DNA from: Carcharhinus amblyrhynchos
Taxonomy: Eukaryota
Assembly (NCBI GenBank): GCA_965287045.1
Contig: OZ336900.1
Span: forward strand, 13,764,001-13,828,000
Direction: 5' to 3'
Length of the DNA: 64,000 nucleotides
Part shown: positions 52,501 through 64,000 of the stretch, one piece after another
Position numbering within the stretch: the first letter of the stretch is position 1
Layout: each line of letters begins with the position of its first letter
The notes under the pieces: generated by a model
Database searches by the model: none
What the model was told of the DNA's origin: nothing
Seen by the model: only the letters and a program-made list of their open reading frames with translations
Position numbers and translations under genes: made by a program

Positions 52501-53237
52501 GAACAGCTAGTAGCTGTTCCTGTTGATTTTTGCATAAATGCCACACTCTCTGATCCTGGTCTCACCCACATGATGGATGAACCATCTACACAAATTCTAA
52601 TGGCTGAGTCTGTCTGTTGGTGTCTTTTGTGGCTATAACCTGACACTCATTGGATCTGTCCCTCAATTTAAATTATCTGCCAGGAACATGAGCACTTTGG
52701 TTTGCTTTACAGCGATCGCGTATCATTTTGTCATCATTAATGCTTGGCTGCTTTCCACAGCCTATCATTATTGCAATAGCGAATGTTAAGTTCTTAGTTT
52801 GATTGATTTCTCAAAGTGGTTCTTAAATGACAAGTGGGATTATAAATTCAAGTCTGTTCATTTTTGTAAGAGTTTAAGTACTTGATGGAATTTTAATGCT
52901 TTAAATGAGTTTTCATGAATGGGAATGTTTTCATCACTATTGTAAAGTCTGTAATAAAGATTAGACCTTTACTTTATTTCACCTTTACATGGCTCCCGAT
53001 ACTGGTGGATACAACATGCCATTGGCTGGTGGTGAACCCACAGGGTGGGGGTGGGGGTTCATCATCAGCAGGCCTAGAAGACCCCATCAGTGGGGATGTC
53101 TGGCCTACATCACTTACGCAGTATGCCAACTCACCACTGAGAGTGATGAATGCCAAATCTACAGGATGGACATCCTACCAGCTGCAGGATACCTTGAATA
53201 ATATTTTGAGAAAAGAAAACAAGTTATCTCTTAAGTA

Positions 53238-53365
53238 AAAGCAAATTACTGTGGATACTGGAATCCAAAACAAAACCAAAAAATGCTGGAAAATCTCAGC
53301 AGGGCTAACAACATCTGTGGTGAGAGAACAGAGCTAATGGTCCAAGTCTGGATGACTCTTCATTC
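53238..53365. mobile_element. Penelope-like end fragment abutting a CR1
   Basis: aaaagcaaattactgtggatactggaatc...aatgctggaaaatctcagcagg; same as the start of 51985-52500. Confidence 0.6.
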
Positions 53366-53367
53366 AT

Positions 53368-54107
53368 GTTACTCAGTTAATGGGAGGGTGTTGGGGAGAG
53401 TTACAGAACAAAGAGATCTAGGGGTACGTGTTCTTAGCTCCTTGAAAGTGGAGTCACAGGTGGACAGTATAGTGAAGAAGGCATTCAGCATTCTTGGTTT
53501 CATCGGTCAGAACATTGAATACAGGAGATGGGACATCTTGTTGAAGTTGTATAAGACATTGGTAAGGCTACACTTGGAATACTGTGTGCAATTCTGGTCA
53601 CCCTATTATAGAAAGGATATTAAACTGGAAAGAGTGCAGAAAAGATTTACTAGGATACTACCGGGACTTGATGGATTGAGTTATAAGGGGAGGCTAAATA
53701 GATTGAGACTTTTTTCTCTGAAGTGTAGGAGGCTGAGGGGTGACCTTTTAGAGGTCTTTAAAATAATGAGGGCATAGAGCAGCTAGATAGTCAATATCTT
53801 TTCCCAAAGGTAGGGGAGTTTAAAACCAGAGGGCATAGATTTAAGGTGAGAGAGGAGAGATACAAAAGTGTCCAGAGGGGCAATTTTTTCACACAGAGGG
53901 TGGTGAGTGTTTGGAACAAGTTGCCAGAGATAATAGTAGAAGCGGGTACAATTTTATCTTTTAAAAAGCGTTTAGATAGTTATATGGGTACGATGGGTAT
54001 AGAGGGATATGGGCCAAATGCAGGCAATCGGGTTTAGCTTAACGTTTAAAAAAAAAGGTGGCATGGACAAGTAGGGCTGTAAACCTTTATGACTCAATGA
54101 CTCTATC
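53368..54107 (+). mobile_element. 5'-truncated CR1 (HER1-like) LINE, same subfamily as 4362-5157
   Basis: QRDLGVRV...LYKTLVRLHLEYCVQFWSPYY...NFFTQRVVSVWNKLP; tail atgactcaatgactctat. Confidence 0.93.
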
Positions 54108-55589
54108 TCTTAAGATGATCAGTTTATTTACAATCATCTTCTTTGGCTTAGCTAATATAGAAAAATGTTATTGATTGGAATAGTTATGGTGTTATAGAGG
54201 CAATATTTTTCTAAAGAAAGAAGGATGTTATATTGTTGCATTATTTGTGAAGAGCTAAGTACTAAATTCCACCCATAAGAAGTATGAACAGGAGTTAGCC
54301 ATTCGGCCCCTCAAGCCTGTGATTTTGAGGATCGGAGATGTATATTCATAAATCTTTTAAGATTACGGGGCAAGTTGATAAGGACATTATGATCGTGTGT
54401 AGGATACTTGCTCTATAAATTGGAGTACTGAATACAAAATACTTGAAGAGGAATGACCTGCAGAGTAATGGATGAAAAGCTGGAATGTGGGACTTATTTG
54501 GACAGTTCTTTGAAAGAGCCAGCACAAGTATGACAAGCTGAATAGCCTCCTTCTCTGATTTTATTTCCAACAATACAACATTCCCAAAGTCCTGTGAGAT
54601 CTCTAGTTTTTGAGTTTAAGTCCGAGAAAGAAATTGAACTGACAATCCTCCGACTTAGAGGCAAGAGAGCCATTGAGCATAAAAATGCAACAGTAGTTTT
54701 GAATTATTTCTGGCATGGCAATGGAAGAAACCTTGTTATGGATCACTCTTCCTCCTATGATTGAAGGAAATGCCGCAGACAAGTGACCTCATCGTCAAAA
54801 AAATGGGAAATTAGAGTGTGTAGAAGAACTAGATCTTGCAAAGATTATTATTTTGATTGAAGAAGTCTTTGAATGGTGGCAAAGGGGCATGAACCCACCC
54901 TAACACAAAGGGAACATTTTTTCACTGTTTCCTCTTTTGAAAAAAGGTAAAACGAAGATATATTAAAGGGTAAAACAAAGATATATTTACAAACCTTTTT
55001 TTCATCTAATTGTCATTCTGGAAGTTGTAGACACAAGATGGAAGACAGAGCAGTAAAAATTCATTCAGCCTCTTTTGAAGCAGCAACTGAGAAGGCTGCT
55101 TTGTAGCTAAACAGAGGTCCCTCATCTGTCACAGCTGGACAAGGCCCATAATTCATTCATTATTGACTATGAAAGGCAATCTTACAAGTTTGAAGTCTAG
55201 CTTGAATGAAAAAAACACTTTTCTTAAAATGTCGTGCATGGAGCTGACTGCTTTTAGTTCACATGATTAATGACTTGCGGACTCATTGTGTAGAGCACCA
55301 CTAATTAGCTGCAGACTGATTAAAGACGTGGCATACAAACTTCTGCTGATAACCTGAACTTTTTCCCTACAAGAAATGAACCATGTGGAAACATTTATAG
55401 TCTCATTTTTAATTTGAAATGGTTTGGGTATGAAGCCTGTAATTTCAAACACATAGAGAAAAATATTTTGATGTAAGGCTGCGAGGGTTGTATAAATTAC
55501 CTATACCTATTCAACCAATTAGAAAAGGGTTGGATATTTATACTGTTCCTCTTTTGTGCTGAGAATACTGCAGTAAATATATGTAAATG

Positions 55590-55980
55590 TCAGCTGTGGT
55601 TCAGTTGTACAGTGCTCTTGCCCAAGAGTCAGAGGTTGGAGGTTCAAGTCCCTCGACAGGATTTGAGCACAAAAGTGAAAGCTAACATTGTTGTCTTCCC
55701 TCTCAGTTATAGATAAGAGATGCCATGACATTATTTTGAAAAAAGGCAGTGGAGTTAACCTTGGGTCCAGGCCAATATCTATCCCTCAACCTGCATCATA
55801 AAAACAGATTAGCTAGACATTATCACATTGCTGTTTGTGGGAGCTCATTGTACACAAATTAGCTGCTGCTTTTTCTACGTTGCAACCCTGACTACACTTC
55901 AAAAGCAGTTCATTAGCTGTAAAGTACTTTGGGATTTCCTGTGGTTGTGAAAGGCCTTTTACAAAGGCAAGTCTTCTTTT
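55590..55980 (+). mobile_element. Deu-domain SINE (SacSINE1-like)
   Basis: tRNA-like head (ggttcaagtccc), central ggccaatatctatccctcaacc and cacattgctgtttgtgggagct, tail gtaaagtactttggga...gtgaaaggc...gcaagtctt. Confidence 0.7.
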
Positions 55981-57438
55981 CCATCAAATATCACCTACTG
56001 ATCAATCAAATTCCTCGTATGAGCCATCACCTTGTATCTATTCAGAGACAACCCTTTCAGAACCAGACTGGCATCAATGAGTAATCCCACTCCATCCTCA
56101 TCTGATTCTGTATTCTATAATCCCATTCATAAAATTAGTGAAATTTTTGAAAATTTACTCAAACATTTTTGTCATTTACCTATTATAATTTTCAATTCAC
56201 AGTGAAACACATCTTTGTTTCTTTTATTTGTGATATTAACAACTTACTTCTAACTATTTACATCTGAAAATAGTACACATTTGCTGTGTATCAAACCACA
56301 AGGCGAATGCCAGACAAAATGAAAACAGTGATGCCAACTTGCTCAAATAGCTCATTAATTAAATAAAATAAAAAAAATCAATAACCATTCACTAAATTGG
56401 TACAAAAACTACCAGTCAGTAACAAGCAGTTATCACCACAATATCATCCAACCAAATTGCCCTTGTGGTCAAGTCCAGCTATTTGTAATGCTAACTACCA
56501 CAAAACAAATCACCCTCAGATCATTTATTTGTGTTGCTTCAGCCCTATTTTTATTAATTTACTTAACATGCAAACCTATCAGAAATCCCTTCCCTCTACC
56601 TGCTAAAATCTACTCCATGGTTTTGGCCCTGGGCTTTAATTTTTGCTTCAGTCCCAGATTAAAATTTTACTTACTTAAATCCTTCAACTCTTTAATTGCC
56701 ATTGAGGATGACTGTGTGATCAATCAAAATCAAGTTAACACATATTTTTGAAAGGGGCAGAAATAATAAACTCTAAATTATAAATAAAATCAAAGGGAAG
56801 TTATCAGATAAAATCCTAATACTATTTACAAAGTTGACAGTGCACCTCAATCCGTCTAGTTCACCGATGAGAGAGAGCTCCAACAAGCTGTAAGACACGC
56901 ATGCTTCTTCTCCAAGCCACCCAGCTGCAGGCATAACTGCAGCCAGAATGAACAATGCATTGATCGCATCCAACCAGGACTTGTTGGTGGCTCCTTGACC
57001 AGGACCAGGAGCAGATCCAGGAAAAAGAACTTCAAATTATTTGCTCCTCCCTTCACACTGGTGCCAAAGATCGAGAGCATAGACTTAAGTGCACCCAGAA
57101 ATTGAGGAGGAGCCCTTTCAAATTATAGGAGAGGGGTTGCAACTTCTCATGCTCCTTGTGGACATGAAACATGAACATATCCAGTTATTCAAACCTTCAG
57201 TGCTGGGAATTTGCTACATTTTGTGTGCTAGGGAGAATCATGGGAGTTGTAATTTACTTGATCCTAAAGATCTACAATATCCAAAATGCACCTTGATAAT
57301 AAGGTAGAAAACAATCCTTCAACTTGGCCAGGGATTTGTAGCCTAAATTATGTTTTAAAACTGCAAATGTTGGAAACCTGTATCAAAAATTTCCAAAAAC
57401 AGTCTACACTGAACTGTCAACCTGTCCATTCCATCAAC

Positions 57439-57621
57439 TGAATGAAAGAATGAACTTGCATTTATATAGTACTTTACACAACACTCAACATGTTTTACAC
57501 TCAAATCAATACTTTCAGCTTGTTGCTACCAATGTGATGCCATTATTCCAATGTAGGAAGTAGAAGAAAGAAAATTTACATTTTATAATCATGTAACTAA
57601 TGGGAAAGCAAGAACAGTTTG
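57439..57621 (+). repeat. ~180-bp direct repeat, copy 1
   Basis: Collinear with 58119-58298 at offset ~680. Confidence 0.9.
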
Positions 57622-58118
57622 CTGTGGGATGATCTGCTCACATTTACTCTTTTTGTTTTGAGGAATTTGTAACCTAGCTGTGACAAATTCTGCATGTGTG
57701 AGATACATCAATGGAACTGTAGTTTTCACCCTGGCCCAGAGCGTTCCATAGTGACCTGGATCACAAAGAGAACGAATCAACTAACACTGCTGGACGTAAG
57801 TTGTGAAAAAGAATTCAATGTGAAACAATTTTTTTTAATGTTCTATTCCGTTTAAGTCATTAAACAACATTTTTGAGCACATATTATTTGAGATGAGGTT
57901 TTTGTATTCTTAATGGAGATCAATATTTGTTTAGCAACTGAAGGTGTTTATGTGGTTCTTTGATCCTGTGCTCACACATCAGTTGAACAAACAGCTGTTC
58001 AAGACACCCATCATTATAGACTCAAATACCATCATTTTCGGGGATCAATAAGATGAACTGTTTTCCTAAAAAGTACCTTCCTTTCTATTTCTCATTGATG
58101 TAATGTCAACTTCAGAAA

Positions 58119-58298
58119 TGAATGAAAGAATGAACTTGCATTTATATAGCACTCAGGATCACTCAGTGTTTTACACTCAATTCAATACTTTCAACTTGTT
58201 GTTACCAATGTGATGCCATTATTCCTATGTAGGAAGTAGAAGAAAGAAAATTTACATTTTATAATCATGTAACTAATGGGAGAAGTAGGAACAGTTTG
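58119..58298 (+). repeat. ~180-bp direct repeat, copy 2
   Basis: Shares atgtaggaagtagaagaaagaaaatttacattttataatcatgtaactaatggga exactly with copy 1. Confidence 0.9.
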
Positions 58299-58334
58299 AG
58301 ATGGGGTAGCGGCATAAATACATACGTTTATATC

Positions 58335-58975
58335 TTAAATTCATTCACAGGATGTGGATGCCACTGACAAGGCCAGTATTTGTTGCCCATTGCTAACTAC
58401 CCTTGAGAAGGTGATGTGTGCTACTTTGTTAAACTGCTGCAGACTCTGTGGTGACAATATTCGCATAATGCTGTGAGGAATTCTGATCCAGTGACCATAA
58501 AGGACTGATGATATATTTCCAAGTCAGAATGATGTGTAGCTTTAAGAAACATTTGTAGATAATGATGTACCCATGCATTCGTGCTTTGGGGTGTTAGAGG
58601 ACAAGGATTTGGACATTGTTGTCAAAGAAATCTTGGCAAGTTGCTCCTTGTAAATGATAAATTGTAAATGGCAGCCACAATGCACTGGTGACGGAGGGAA
58701 GCAATGTTAAAATGGCTAATCAAGTGGGCTGCTGTGTCCTGAATGCTGTTGAGCTTCTGGAGTATTATTGGAGTTGCCCAAATCAAGACAAATGAAGAGC
58801 ATTCTATAACATTCCTTACTTTTGTCTAATGGGTGGTGGAAAGGCTTTGTACGATTAGAGGTGAGTTACTCACCATAGAATTTCCAGCCCCTAATCTGTT
58901 CTCATAGTTACATTATTTATGTGGGTGGTCCAGTTCAGTTTATGGTGGACCCCAGGATGTGGATAGTGCGGAATT
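58335..58975 (-). mobile_element. Degraded 3' part of the second CR1/L2-group LINE
   Basis: ggatgtggatgccactgacaaggccagtatttgttgccc...ccttgagaaggtg; similar to 12235-12600. Confidence 0.7.
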
Positions 58976-61900
58976 TGACAAGAATAATCAGGAAAATGCT
59001 GCCTTGATGACAATTGTAATCACTCTCATCATCTGGAATTCAGTTCCTTTGTCCTTGTTTGGACCAAAATGTCTGAAGCTAAACTGAATTGTCTCCTTTA
59101 AATTTAAAATTAAAGAAACACTTCCCTATAAGTTGATAAAAGACAACTTAAAAATCATTACCAATAATTTCACTTCTGGTGTAATTCTTGGCTATTATCA
59201 ACCAAAATGTAAAATTAATAACAAAAGTTCAAGCTGTTCCCAAAAAATCAATGTAGTACCAGATTTAGCTTTTGATAACAAGCATCTTTGAAGTGACAGC
59301 GTGCTTTGGAACTTTTCAGGGCTCTGCTAGCTGATATAGTAATCTTATTGCTCTATCAAAAGATTTAAGTGAAAGTTTCTTGGTACACATCCTCATTCAA
59401 AATGTTTTAATCTTTGCAAGTTTTCACCATCCTTTCTAAGAAGTTTCAGTGTTATACTTCACCAATGTCTGTAACACATTAAAATCGTCAGAGCAGTATT
59501 TGGCAGGTATGTATGCTATTACACAATAGCTGTAGTGTAAGCTTATTCAGCAGTGCCTTACAACTGGAAATGTGAAATCAAGGCATGATTTTAAAGATAA
59601 CAACCTACAAAACCATGTGTGGAACAACTAGCACACCTTGGCAGATGCTGTGACACACACTGGAGTATTTTTAAGGTTTAATGGTGCCAACTTTCAGGAT
59701 AATATGAGGAGAAACAATATGAATATATGATCAAGTCAAGAAAACTCACACTTAAAGTGGAGCTTTAATCAGTAAAATGAGTATTCAAGTGCTCCTTTAT
59801 CAGCCCATTACCCATATAATTCTTCAAAACTAGTTGAAAGAAGTAATGTGGAAAATACAAAAATATCGTTTGCAAAGTGATACTGACAATTGAAATAAGA
59901 CCAGCAGTCTCTGTTTCTAGATAAAATAGCAGAGTCTGTCCTATGACAATCACTGAGCTGATTGCAAACTCTCACCAATGTCACATTGATCACTGAATAC
60001 AAATGTACAGACTTAACCATGCAGCATCCTATAAGTTAAGATAGTTTCCATTTGATTTTATCAACACATCAGTTCCTGGGTTTAAAAATCAGACGTTTTT
60101 TAAAAGGATGCGGAACATTCTAGGTAGCAATATAAATTAGCCGATAGGTAATCAGAATGCTAGTTATACACATATGGGGTGACCGAAGTAAACAGTTCAC
60201 CAGCTCTAATTTATCCTTTTATGGCAGTTTACAGTGAAAGCAAACATAAAAATTCCAAAGGCTAGTTACAAAATTCCAATCATTTTGATATTTTTCATAG
60301 AGAGGATAAAGGCCAAACAATGTGCAACTTACAATTATTTGATTATCACAATTCAGTCTGTGATCCATACAATTATTTCCTCTGTGATTTTGGGAATAGA
60401 ATGCTATATATGTCTCAAACAATTTGTTCCAATTGATATGTATGGCATTCAGATACCAAATCAGGCGCATACCAGCAGGGGCAAGAATAAAACTTATTTC
60501 AGTGTGGATAGGAGAGCAGCTGTGTGCCTCCTGTCTCCACAAAGAAATTGGTCCATTGATGCCTCAAAGATCTGCTGTTCCCAGGAGTAAAACCCTCTGA
60601 CTTAGGCCACTGCCAACTTACCTGACTGCCAATCCAGGGTCTCATTCTTTGTAAACCTAAGGCCAGTGGAATTATCTCTGGACACTTGTTTTGGGCTAGA
60701 TGTTCGTGAGCTCAACAGTTGAAATGGACCGAGTCACCCGCTGCAGTTCCTGGCGAGAGATTCACTTGTAAGTTGACATCAGTCCTCTTCAGAGGGTGGT
60801 TTTATTCTAGTGTTAACACTGTTTTCTTTGACAACTTTGAAATCTGAATCTGGTTCTACCCATTTGTCAGATATATTGTTCGGATATACTTTCTCCCATC
60901 AAAACGAGTGTATTGTGAAAATTAGCCTTTACTATGGTAACAATTCGTCCATCATAAAATTGTGAGGTTAAATGACCTGCAGCTATAATTCAGTCCTAAG
61001 TGATTGTGCTGAAACCAAAAACATACTGTACATCCATAACTGTCAAGATAAGAAACACCGCGATTGACTATAATCTACATAAATTAGATGCGTTTTTGTT
61101 CAGTATTAGTTCACCTTCCAAAAACTCTCAATCAGTTGACTATCAGGTTAAAATAAATCTTATCAGATTGCTTTCCTTCATTTGATGTGCTGAGGAATGA
61201 TCATATGCACTTAGGAAGGCTGCTGTTTCAAACTAAATTTAGTTGTATACTCATATAGTCTTTCGATTGCCATATTTTATTATTAAAGATACAGAAGTCC
61301 ACACCTTTCAATGACATAGTTAATAAGCAGAACTCTTAAAGAAATTTGGTGATGTATTGCTGTAGTGTACTAACACAAAAGACTAAGTTTTAATTTGCAA
61401 TTTATAAATCTGGTGTTATTTATTAGCCACCCATTATTGAAAACAGCCCATTTTTATTTGCATAGAAATCAAAGAAAATTAAAATGAGGGGTTTTTTTCA
61501 ATGGGCAGCTGATTTTACACCTGGGTAGCAAGTTAAAAGTTTACCCAGAACTTTCTTCATCCTTATCAACATTTTCTGATAAGACAGATAAAGGCTTGCT
61601 CCACCAGATTCCAGGGATTTTTGCATTGCAAGTGTTTTCCATTGGAAACAATGGAGGGCCATCTGCCCATGTATAACCAGACACATTCAAATTAGGTGAT
61701 ACACATGGAATGGTATTACGTGTCATATTTTCCATCTTCAGTGCTTTATTGATGTTGTATGCTAACAACTGCAATATTCAACAGGATTTCTGCATTGCAA
61801 GGGGAGATGAAAGGTCAAGGCAAGACAATGGATTAACAGTTCCACACAGACAGAATTTGCCAATTCATCAAAGGAAGTTAACATTTCTGAATTTGAAGAT

Positions 61901-63519
61901 TGCTTGCCCCTTAAAGCTGCTGTGGGCATCCATCATTTCTCACCATCAACAGTCCCACCACAGTGGTGCATTCCCAAACACAGCTGGGAATATTGCTTGC
62001 TCCAGAAGTTTACATTAGGTTGATCCTGGGAAATTCGCCAAGGGTAGTCCATCAAAGTGACAACTTGATACCGGAATCCTGCCAAGAGGAAAATCTAGTG
62101 TCAGGAAGAGTAGGATGTCGGTTTATACACAATTTTTGTTCAGTTGTTCAATTTCCATCCAGGGGCTAAGCTGAAGCAGAGGTCTCACAAAAGAGCAGGA
62201 AATGTGAAAGCAGGTTAATCCATGCTGTAGAACATGCATATTTCTGAATTTTACATCAAATTAGATACGGATAAGAACTTATATGCAACTGCCGTCTCCC
62301 AAAAAGAGAATAGTGTATGGCATTTGGAGGATAAACATTATTTTAAAATTCAAAACATTATGACCAGGGACAATGAAGAACATTGGTGCAACCAAATATT
62401 TACACTGTTCTGAGCAATGTGTGATTGTTCTGGGATAAAATTAGTCTAGAAATATGTTTAATTATTAATTAATGTAAAAAATGCTGAGGAATTATTTAAT
62501 GCTTTTTAATACAGCTTATGCACATAATTCAATCAAGCATTTTTCAAGTGTTATGAAGAAATCATATCTCAGTCTACGGCTATTCTATCTCATTATACAA
62601 TTAAATAATTGAGTGGCTGCTCAAATAGTACATTCTGTAACCATTTATTGAGCATTTTTGATGCTTCAGTACACTGCTTTAAAGAATGGGTATCAGACCT
62701 GGTGTTCCCATTTCAACTGTACCTTCAGGGAGAGGTAGAGAACAGAGGCAGGTTGTTACTCATTGTGAAAGGGGAAAAAAAATCGGCTGATAAGTCAGCC
62801 TGGTTTGTTCTTAAATGCCCTGCAGGAGCCAGAGCAACAAGATTAGAAATCTTGCAGCTATGTAAAGCAACCTAGCCTCCTCTCTGTTCCAAAAGGAACA
62901 GCTGAGATCATTACAATGTGAAGAACTCTGAAAAGAAGGACATGGACAAAATCCCATACCCTACAATCATGTACTGAATTTTAAGGATCAAAACATGATG
63001 CCATTATAATAATAATTCAATTTAAGTATCTGAGGCAGGATCAAGTGTTTTTGATTGTGCAACCCAAAATTTCTTAAAGAATGCCCCTACTCCTTGATAG
63101 TTGGATAAAGGGAGTGCTGGGTACAGTACGATATGGACTAGAAGGCACTAGTACCACTGTTACAATGTTATTAACTAAGCTTAACCCAGAGGGGAGTTGG
63201 GTGAAATGATTGTCTTTGTAACACTGCTAGGAAAGCAGCTAGAATTCCATTCCTTATTGCTATCCTGTGGCTGCTGTTGGAAAATGCTACTAATGGTTAT
63301 TGAGCAAGAATGGGATTGCGTTTGTGCTGCCAACAATAAATGTTCAGGAACATAATTTTAAAATGACTACATGGATGAGGCCCAACAATTCTGTGGAATT
63401 ATCCAGTGATAACAGAGACAGCAACTTCAAGAAAAGAGAGGAAGTTGGGTAAAAATATTTCTAACAATAAAATACTGGGTTGCCACCCACTGTTGTATGA
63501 GGGATGTCACTGAGGCCCT

Positions 63520-63815
63520 GTATTTTTTTTTTATTCTTTAATAGAATGTGAATGTCACAAACAAGGACAGCATTTGTTGCTCATCCCTAATTACCCTTGA
63601 GAAGATAGTGATGGTCCATCTTCTTGCAGGCCATATGATAAAGGTTCAACTAGCGCTGGTATGGAGGGAGTTTGAGGATTTTGACCCAGTGATAGTGAAG
63701 GAACAGTGATATAGTCTGAAGTAAGGATATTACGTGACTTGGAGGGGAACCTGCAGGTCGTAGTGTTTCCATGCATCTTGTGCCTATGTCCATGTAGGTA
63801 GTAGGGGTTACGTGT
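63520..63815 (-). mobile_element. 3' tail of the second CR1/L2-group LINE
   Basis: T-run, then cagcatttgttgctcatccctaattacccttgagaag...ggaggggaacctgcagg. Confidence 0.7.
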
Positions 63816-63856
63816 CCATCAGCGAATGGGCACGTACGCTACCTTTGGCCACATAT

Positions 63857-64000
63857 GCAGCACAGCGGTGCAGTAGTTAGCATTGCTGCCTCATAGCACC
63901 AGGGACCTAAGTTCAATTCCAACCTTGGATGTCTGTCTGAATGGAGTTTGCACATTCTCCCCGTATCTGTGTGGCTTTCCTCTGGGTGCTCCTCTCACAG
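63857..64000 (+). mobile_element. HE1/V-SINE head running to the window edge
   Basis: gttagcattgctgcctcatagcaccagggacc...ggagtttgcacattctcccc. Confidence 0.85.

Noticed and set aside
53283-53777. 164-aa ORF as a novel fusion protein
   Set aside because: A Penelope-like end is joined to a truncated CR1 RT C-terminus lacking the catalytic core; nothing suggests function.
60622-60645. FUT8 assignment (FUT8 starts MRPWTGSW)
   Set aside because: Only a partial 8-residue resemblance; the expected transmembrane segment does not follow and a donor site interrupts immediately.
1-64000. Prokaryote-style systems (CRISPR array, operon, defence island)
   Set aside because: The sequence is vertebrate repeat-rich DNA, with no regularly spaced repeat-spacer array and no long intact ORFs.
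1-64000. Most ORFs in the supplied track
   Set aside because: Short (60-190 aa), often with non-ATG starts; they are TE fragments, antisense frames of TEs or chance ORFs.

Overview
AT-rich, repeat-dense vertebrate genomic DNA, almost certainly from a cartilaginous fish (shark): it carries HE1/V-type tRNA SINEs, HER1/CR1 LINEs and SacSINE1/Deu-domain-like SINEs. I found no intact cellular gene, so the window looks like a large intron or an intergenic region. Recognisable coding remnants are all from transposable elements: four CR1 reverse-transcriptase fragments, a second CR1/L2-group LINE, an RTE fragment, a decayed PIF/Harbinger transposase with a Myb/SANT-like partner, and two Gypsy-type LTR retrotransposon relics. 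One Gypsy relic hosts a nested stack of LTR, CR1 and SINE insertions. There are also solo LTRs, Penelope-like fragments and Harbinger-type MITEs. Unique stretches hold a few unverified candidate exons and microexons, a palindromic double splice donor and enhancer-like segments. I see no well-supported novel multi-gene system. Family names come from remembered motifs, not database searches, and most element boundaries are approximate.
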